A stretch of DNA of 43,864 nt, counting the filler, from Sphacelaria rigidula (lineage: Eukaryota): NCBI GenBank assembly GCA_964200075.2. It is 2 parts of 2 records of this genome, joined end to end, with 100 filler letters (N's around TTAATTAATTAA, not from the genome) between each part and the next. Parts side by side here need not be neighbours in the genome. Positions count along the whole stretch, not along the records: positions 21,985 to 43,864 come from CAXNAA020000378.1; 1 more part is not named here. One strand, written 5' to 3'. The notes under the pieces were generated by a model. It was not told where the DNA came from. It did no database searches and saw nothing but the letters and a program-made list of their open reading frames with translations. Below, in pieces: positions 36,326 to 43,864 of the stretch (the stretch's first letter is position 1; every line of letters starts with the position of its first letter). The translations under genes and the position numbers were made by a program.

Positions 36326-38570
36326 TATACATCATTGTACTGCATGAAACAGCAATTGAAAAACACCTCGGTTGCAGGGTACATTGACCCTATGGGGCTC
36401 AGGTTTCACGAACGACCAACATCGGGTCTTGCTGGGCGGTCGTTAGTGGGAGAACGGCGCCCTTTGTCAGATTCACCCACACACTCGAAAAATAGCGTGC
36501 AGTCACTTGCGATTCATGTTTCACATCGATCATGATACAGCAGTAGAGCACAGCACCGCCCAGGACAGTCCTATATATGCCCACGTATGTGCGGACCTGT
36601 CACTGACAGACACAACTCCCAGCATCATGCCAAGGCCGCAGTGTCTCCGGGAGTATTGAGTCAATGGCGATCACGGGCCTACCTGCGTATCTTTTTGCGG
36701 GGAAATATGTCAGCCGGATCCACCATCAAAAGCCAGCGACCGCTGTAAACACTTGTTTTTTGTCTTCGGTCGTGACTGGCGACTTGTTCCCCTGACCACG
36801 TTGTTGCCAGGGGATACGGAGAAAGACATGCTGTGCTGCCTGTAGGGCATGCCAATCCAGACGAATCTGAGCGCCCCCATAGTCGTGTTGAATGCTATAA
36901 TGTCGACACCAGATTCGACGGGACAAAAACATGGCGAGGAGCACCAAAGCGACGTACAGGATATACAACACTTCCCAACAAGAGAACGCATGTTGCGGGG
37001 AACATTGACGCTTCAAGTGTAGTGATCACAGCACAACGCCTCGAGACCGCCCAACCACCACTCTAAAATAGGGCAAGTCGAAGTAAAAACAGTTCGAGCT
37101 CCACCAAGATCGCAAGTGTACACCACGGATGAAACTCAGACACAAGTGTCACCCGTAGTGGGCAAAATTCAGAACTAACTACCGCACGCGTGTACCTCTA
37201 CCAACAAAAACACCCCACCGAGTTATCCCGTACATATAAGTCGCTGCTAACCTGCGGTAACAAGCATATTCGTATTTAAGTAGTTTGGCGTCAAGATCCT
37301 GGCTTGATTTGCAGGCCCGGACAATTGAGCGACCTGCCCCGTAACAGAAACATTCACTCTCTCACATTACTGCCAAGCTTAAGCAGCACTCATCAGCGAT
37401 CAGAGCTCGAAAACATCTATATGGGCGTTCTCAGTTCCGGTACCTCAGGAATTGAGCAACCAGCAACGCAATAAACCGTACGGGTAGAAATCAACTTTAA
37501 GGGAGCTGTAATCTACCATCACTAGAACAGTGTTGAGAACGCTTGGAATGAATTCATGTTTTAACGCCGCTGTCACAATGCACTGTCGGAAGTCTGTGCT
37601 ACCGCGAACGAAACAACACGCTCTGCTTTTCTAAATCCTCGAGTAAACGAGCCAAACAAGGCCAATGTTTCGAAATGTGAAGTTCGTTGAACGAACAGCC
37701 CTGTCATACAAGCCCACTGTATTTACAATCGCCGGCCTTGGTGAAGGTATGTCTAGTCTCCTGATACTGCACGTTACCGCCGCATACCCAACATCAGGAT
37801 AACCCCGAAGGCCACAGGGTCGGAGTTGCTCACATTATCCTGTGTTTTGTCAACAATGTACGCACGCTTCGCCTCGCCTTTAGATGCACTGGCGGAACAA
37901 CTGCTGTAATCCTGCCGGGCGTGGGCTGAGCTATGACGTTTTATCAGGGAAGACTCCCCACCCGAGAACCTTAGCCCTGTACCCGTGAATAACTCCACCG
38001 CAGGTATGGCACCCTCTGACCGTGAGTCAGGTAGCGATTTTTTCCGGACACAATATCAAAATTATGAAGGGGAAACAGACTTCAGAAGATGGCACAGCAA
38101 GCTCATAGACGCAATCATTCTTGTACTCAACGCTTTTCTTCAACTCGACACAATGGAAGCGGAGCTTGAAGCTTGAACATCAACGTGCGGAGATACTTTG
38201 ACCGGGAGGCCCGCTAAACGGCGTTTGAGGAACCACAGTGTACGGCAAAATACTGCCCGAGTCCACACCCCCAGATAGGAGAGAGTATGGATTACCCTTG
38301 ACTTCTGCACTCTTGAAGAAGAGACTCGACTGCATGTACCCACGGAATCTCGAAAGGTGGGTATCGGAGCTACAAGAGAATGCCGGTCACCCTACGCGAC
38401 ACGACCCCACCTACTCACCCAGCAAGCACGCGAGGAAGATGCTTCGACTTCTTCACACAAGGGGAACCAACGACGCCTACAAGCAAAATCCAACAGACAC
38501 CACACAACGAGATCGCTGACATCACACATACACCTGCAGATGAATCTCTTCCTTCGCGTGAATTTTCGTC

Positions 38571-39269
38571 CTATTCAACATCCATAGACGCTGTCGCGAC
38601 GTCTTCGCTCGCTCCTGCCTCGTTGTCCTTTTCCAATAAACGACCCGCTGCGACCGGTGGCGCCCCTACTCCCTTCGCTCGTTTGTCCGCCGGTTGCGGT
38701 ACAACCTTGGGATCACCCGCAATCACCTCAGAGCTGCCTGACGCCGCAAACACCGCACCGATCCGGGCATCGCCGTCGTCTCCTTTCCTCCCATCTTCTT
38801 CTTCCGCCGCCATATTGGCCAGCTCTGACCTCAAGAACGCTGCTTTCTCGTGCAGTAGCTCCAGCTCTTTTCGCTCGCCGTAGCTGCTCCTCGGATACTC
38901 TTTGTAGTCGCGAATCCACTCAGCTTTGGGAGCCAAGCAACGATGCACCTCGGACACCAACCGCAAGAACCTTTTGTTGGACTCTTCGACTTTATCTCGT
39001 TCAAAAGAAGCAGTTGGCGAAGAAGCCACGACCCCCCTTGCCAGCTCATCAAGCGTTTCCGCTGCTACCTCCAGTAGCTCCGCGACCTTGGATTCAGCGC
39101 TATCAAGCTCCTCTAGTAGCGCTGCGTTTCGCGCGATGGGACAAGGTGCTGTTGATTTTGAATTGTGGTCACTTTGCTGGTCTTCTCGTTTCGTTTCTAT
39201 CGCCAATCCATCCTTACTGAAACCAGTCAATTCCGCCCGACTTGAATCAACTCCTTTCATCTCTTCCAT
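38571..39269 (-). CDS. MED11: Mediator of RNA polymerase II transcription subunit 11, single exon
   Basis: LEELDSAESKVAELLEVAAETLDEL..FLRLVSEVHRCL..SSYGERKELELLHEKAAFLRSEL follows the Med11 helical pattern including the SSYxxRK motif. The first ATG is at 39269; the ORF-track start at 39386 is not an ATG. Confidence 0.85.
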   Translation of the reverse strand: MEEMKGVDSSRAELTGFSKDGLAIETKREDQQSDHNSKSTAPCPIARNAALLEELDSAESKVAELLEVAAETLDELARGVVASSPTASFERDKVEESNKRFLRLVSEVHRCLAPKAEWIRDYKEYPRSSYGERKELELLHEKAAFLRSELANMAAEEEDGRKGDDGDARIGAVFAASGSSEVIAGDPKVVPQPADKRAKGVGAPPVAAGRLLEKDNEAGASEDVATASMDVE

Positions 39270-39494
39270 TGGGGATACTTTTGGGATGGTGTACCGGCAG
39301 GGCTTGCGCAGGGAACGCGATGCAAGCTGGGCGAACCCCACATCCCCTGTCCCGAAAAGAGGGTACCCTGCACTGGATAACGACAACGAAAGATCTTCAA
39401 GATGTATACTTTTGGATCATGGCAATTTGCAACGTTCCTCGTGGCTCAGCATCAACCGCTGCGACTTAGAGGAGCTACGGCCCTCACACGCAGC
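39270..39494. promoter_or_regulatory. Probable bidirectional promoter/5'UTR region of MED11 and eIF2-beta
   Basis: Divergent start codons only 225 bp apart, depending on the inferred eIF2-beta first exon. Confidence 0.55.
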
Positions 39495-42400
39495 ATGTCG
39501 GAGGTGGCGGAAACCGTCGAGGTGGGAAGTAATGTCGTATGGCTGCTTATTGTATGTGCTACACCCTGTTGTGAGCTATCAATGTTGTGGTTTTATGTCA
39601 ACTGAAATCATTATGGGTTGTGTTTTGATGATGCAGAGACTGTCCGTGTTGATTTATGTTGATGGTCATGGTTGGCTCGCGCGTAGGAGGTGTTTTTGGG
39701 AGGGCGGCTCTCGGGGATGTTGGGGGGTTGCGCCCATAACTTGTATAGTGCGTTGTACTTGATACCCGATAGCAGTGCCATGTCTCTAACCTGGTATGCT
39801 GGGTTCAATGCGATACAGTCACGTATCGAAGCTCACACGCCTTTCGAAATGTTCAGTAATGGCGGAAGAGGAGAGCGAGTGGGGAAACACAGAGGCGTTC
39901 CACATGGACAGACGTTCCTTGGTTAATTTACTCCTGTTTGTGGATAAGTTCCGTTATGAGTACCACTGGCTAACTAAACAAATGTCCATACAGAGTCTCA
40001 TGAGCGTGCGTGAGTGTAGGGATCAGGTTTCACATGTGCAGGCAGGAACAGAGAGTGTACCACTTCCATTTTTTGTCGGCATATTTCATAAACCCCGTCC
40101 CCTCCTCCAATCGTTTAGAGGCGTTTTGCCATGGCAAGTGCCTAGAAGCACTCCATTTCACTGTACCTGTCGAAACGTGTTACTGTGCCAGTACTTTGCA
40201 GTTGAGTTCGGAACATTACATATCACTCAGTCCGTGGTTGTATTCCATTTTGATCTCTCCGATCGAGGGCCACAGGGCAAGGTGCGCTGTTATTCAACAG
40301 CGCAAAACCAACTGAAATTATTCCCTACTGTCTGTACTCTACAACTGATCTTCGTGACTAAAAACACAGGTCCCCGCTGGGGCTGGGGAAAATGGGGAGG
40401 GGAAGGCAGCACCGGCCGCTGCCCCTGCGGCTGGCGAGGCGGATGTTGATTTATCTATGTTTGACCTGAGCAAAAAGAAGAAAAAGAAGAAGCCGAAGAA
40501 GGTCAAGGCAGGTGGGGACGACGAGGATGGCGCGGGGGAGGGGGCGGAGCGGGAGGAGGGGGAGGGCAACTACAACTACGAGACGTTGCTTGAGAGGATC
40601 CAGGTGTGTCAATTTTTCAAGTGTCGAACGAATCAACGCCGGTTCGAATCACCGAATCTACGATCCTTGAGGCGTGATTGCTCTAGAAAAAAAAAAGTTG
40701 ACCACGGGTCAAAAAAGTCTTCCGCAATTTTTCCGCCGTTCCGCGTCCGTGGAGTAGGCGTCCTTGCGTCGCAATGCCAAATACAAGTCTTGAGGACTGA
40801 CTTCTACCGCACGAATCGATTACACTAGAACCAATTAACTTTCAGACGAATCATTGCTTGTCCGACCCTTGCAATTTTTTATGGGTATTTTTGCCGACCC
40901 GGCTGTGGTGTACATACCTAGCTGTAGTGCTTTTTGTTGTAGTGCAAGGTGGTACCCCTTCACCTTAGGTACCATCCGTTTACTGTCGTCAGTTCGCTGC
41001 TTGGCGGGCTACGGCAAAAAACGGGACGTCAGCGCACATTTACGCTGCTGAATCTTGTGGAATAAAACCCTCAATGCGACTTGTGATTATGTCGGCACAT
41101 CAGTCTGGGTCATACATGAGGGAGGTCAAAAACAAGTTTCATCTTCGAATTTGTTTTTGGTGTTTGACATCGTGAAAATTGATGTTTTCTGCATAGTGTC
41201 GCGGTCCTCGGAAATGCCTTGTCCTGTAGGAGGTATACCCCATCCTGTTAATCGACGTCACCGTCCTGTTGTGATGAAATTCGCCTCTACTGATCTACCG
41301 GTAGTTAGACCGCTAGTCCACGTCAATCAGCAGCGTGTACACAGCAGTTCTCAAAGACTTGCAGTCTAGCCGAGGTGGACCGAGTTGTTCAACAGCACTC
41401 TCAGAAGCTTGGCGTGGCGAAGCCTTCTTGCGAGCACGCACCCGCTGTAGTTGATCCTTGATCGCAGCTCCTCGTCTTTATGAAATGTATTGGTACGCTT
41501 TTGTACAAACCGACCATTTCTTGAATCGCATCCACCCTCCGCTGATCTTGGCGAGAAACCGTTCGCTTGGCTATCGGTTGAATCAATCGGTGGGGAGGAC
41601 AGTGTTCATATCATGAACACGATAAGTTGAGGGTGACATAAGGTGGGCCGGGCCAAAGCTGGGGCATTCGCTAGTTTCGCCACTCGGAGCCACTATTTTG
41701 GATCTGAAATTTGACACGTGAAGATCTTGGTCTGCAATTCACCGTCGTTCGAAAGGTACATCCGAAACACGGCATTCCCTACATGTCACCAGGTTTGTAA
41801 TTTTGAACGCCGAGTGGCTTCGCATCGAAATCAAGGCGCTCAAAAATTCAGTACAAAAACACGATGACGGGAGAGTGCCACAACGGAAGCGGAAGTTTCA
41901 CGACACCAACCTGGTGAATTTTGAAACTGAAAAGCATTGTGTGACCACCTCAACTAGTCGATCACGAGGATGTACCTGATTTACCCTGACTCGGCGCCGT
42001 TCAAAATATATGACCAGCTGACACAAGACGAGTTTGTTGGTGGACCCAGCCTGTGCAAGGACTGACGTGAAGGCATGACACGTGGCTGGATGTTCCTCCG
42101 CGTGGCTCTTGACATGGGAAAACCTCGCGTATGCGGAAACATGTCGATTGTTTTGTGGCGTTGTGAAGTGTGAGTACGGCACATGTAGAGGAGCGTTCGT
42201 CATTTTTCACATTCTTCAATTATGATTTGAATCCTAGTTTTTAGGGAACGCTGACTTCGGTATATTGAAGCTCGAAACGGTGACCTCACCAGCAGCTGTA
42301 AGCAAGCCGATCCCAGCGACATTGACTGAGCAGTGTTGCCGGGGTGAACAGCACGAGCAGGAGCAAAAATATCTTGAAAGTCGGGCTCTATTTATCCGTT

Positions 42401-43104
42401 CCGTCGCCCAGTAGTGCGCCGCGCGCTCTCGTCGATCATCTTGGCACTCTCATCATTTCACATTATGCTGGCACATCAATATGGCCATGGCAAAGGCAAT
42501 CAACAGACGGATCAATGCACAGAGCCGAATAACACTCCTCGCTCAACTATCTTGAAAATTGGGTGTGCTTTTTCTGACACAAGGGCGAAAAGAATAACCT
42601 CTGTTCCGACACCCGATTCGTCGCTAAGCGAAAATTATACCACAACAAATGTTTTGAAAAACAAGTGCGGAACCTTTCAAGGTTTCGAGATTAAGACGGA
42701 TACTGTAGTCGAAAATCTAGCCCTATTTCTTACCCCCTTTCCCCCCGCCGCCCCCTGTAGCAAAAGGCTCATCAGTGGCCAGTTCCTAGCTCTCAAATCT
42801 CGAACGAAAAGGCCGTGGGGACGTTTTGGTTTCTGTCGCTGAGACCATCCTGCCCGAGAAAATGACATAATCTACCAATTTATACAAACTGTATGTATGC
42901 TCGCGTTGTCGCCATAACATCTCAATCAACGTTCTGACCTACTACGGTTTTGCGACGACTTGACACGCGTTGCTGTGCCTGCCGAACGTCTTCTGCCGTC
43001 CGCTTCGTTCACAGAATCTTCTGCACGTCAACAACCCCGAGTTGGCCGAACGTAGCCGTATCACGCTGAAGCCACCACAGCTCATGCGCATGGGAACACG
43101 AAAG
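39495..43104 (+). CDS. EIF2S2: Translation initiation factor eIF2 beta subunit, 5' part (continues beyond window)
   Basis: Exons 39495-39521 (MSEVAETVE, inferred), 40370-40603 (poly-Lys box FDLSKKKKKKKPKK and YNYETLLERIQ) and 43015-43104 (NLLHVNNPELA..LKPPQLMRMGTRK). All are phase 0. Confidence 0.9.
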
Positions 43105-43864
43105 GTAAACCTCTCGGAGAAGTATGCTATCCTGCACTTGCTCTGTGTTGCCCATGTGCCACTGCGATGGTACTCGAACAAAATGTTCGACTATGAAGAG
43201 CAAACCACACGGTACATGAGACACAGCAATGTCCACCTCACGACTGTCGTCGTCATATATAGTCGGTTGTGTATCGTGAAAGTTGGAAATTATCGAAAGC
43301 GCCACGGCAATGGAACTATCCTCTATCACAGTCTGGACTAGACCAGCAGTTTTCCCTTGAGCCCCAAAGTAGGTGTGAGGGGAAAGGGAAGGGAAGGTAT
43401 TTGACTTCACCTGCTGCATTTCAACCGTTTGCCGAGCCAGCCGTTACGGGATATTCTCTGCAAAAAATATTGGTCGCCTGCTCCGGATGAATACAACATA
43501 TATCTTTATGAGGCTGGACCCAAACTGGCGGGGGTTGGCAAGCACAGATTTTTGCGCACGAATTTTTGTTCAGCGGCCAACTCGAAACCTCGAAGCCAAG
43601 CGAATCTGAAAAGCAGACTAGGCTTCTCTCTGTGGGTTGATGCAAAGTGTCCAAGACGTGGGTTAGCGATTTTCCCTGTTCGGGGGTCAAAAAGTGGGTC
43701 AAATGTACCAAAAGTGAACAATCCGTGGGCCAAAAATCTGTTTGTCATGACATCCGGCCTGACCAGCGTTAGTTGTCGGTTGAAAATAACCTTACGCACG
43801 ACACTTCTACGGTAACCCGACTTGGGCCCTGCGTTCCACCACTCTCCTCACGCCGCCGCACCCC

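Noticed and set aside
35486..36387. ORFs inside the TA-flanked element as a transposase
   Set aside because: Short, with no DDE/DDD or HTH motifs recognisable.
38926..39762. 278-aa plus-strand ORF
   Set aside because: Antisense shadow of MED11 running into eIF2-beta intron 1.
39796..40449. 217-aa ORF and ATG 39859 (MAEEESEW) as the eIF2-beta start
   Set aside because: The ORF is out of frame with exon 2 and has only weak phase-0 donors. ATG 39495 with gag|gtggga fits better, though this is not proven.

Overview
Eukaryotic, intron-rich genomic DNA, most likely from a brown alga (Phaeophyceae, Ectocarpus/kelp-like). This assignment is an inference from long GT-AG introns, heterokont-type bipartite plastid-targeting peptides and a tRNA-headed SINE. 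Splicing exons by eye with phase checks gives six loci: (1) a ~20 kb minus-strand gene for a large protein with B-box-like Zn fingers, IQ motifs and about 7 C2-like domains, 5' end not found; (2) a plastid-targeted minus-strand locus (ATG 24701) that looks like a decaying 2Fe-2S ferredoxin-type pseudogene; (3) DPH4/DNAJC24 (3 exons); (4) a plastid-targeted SET/Rubisco-LSMT-type lysine methyltransferase (4 exons); (5) intronless MED11; (6) the 5' part of eIF2-beta, head-to-head with MED11. Non-coding DNA holds two tRNA-derived SINE-like elements, a CAC-terminated MITE, a 1.5 kb TA-flanked non-autonomous Tc1/mariner-like element containing a near-perfect 145 bp inverted repeat, and other fold-backs. 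An artificial N/TTAATTAATTAA linker lies at 21885-21984. I see no prokaryote-type system (CRISPR, phage or defence operon). Most listed ORFs are antisense or intronic shadows.
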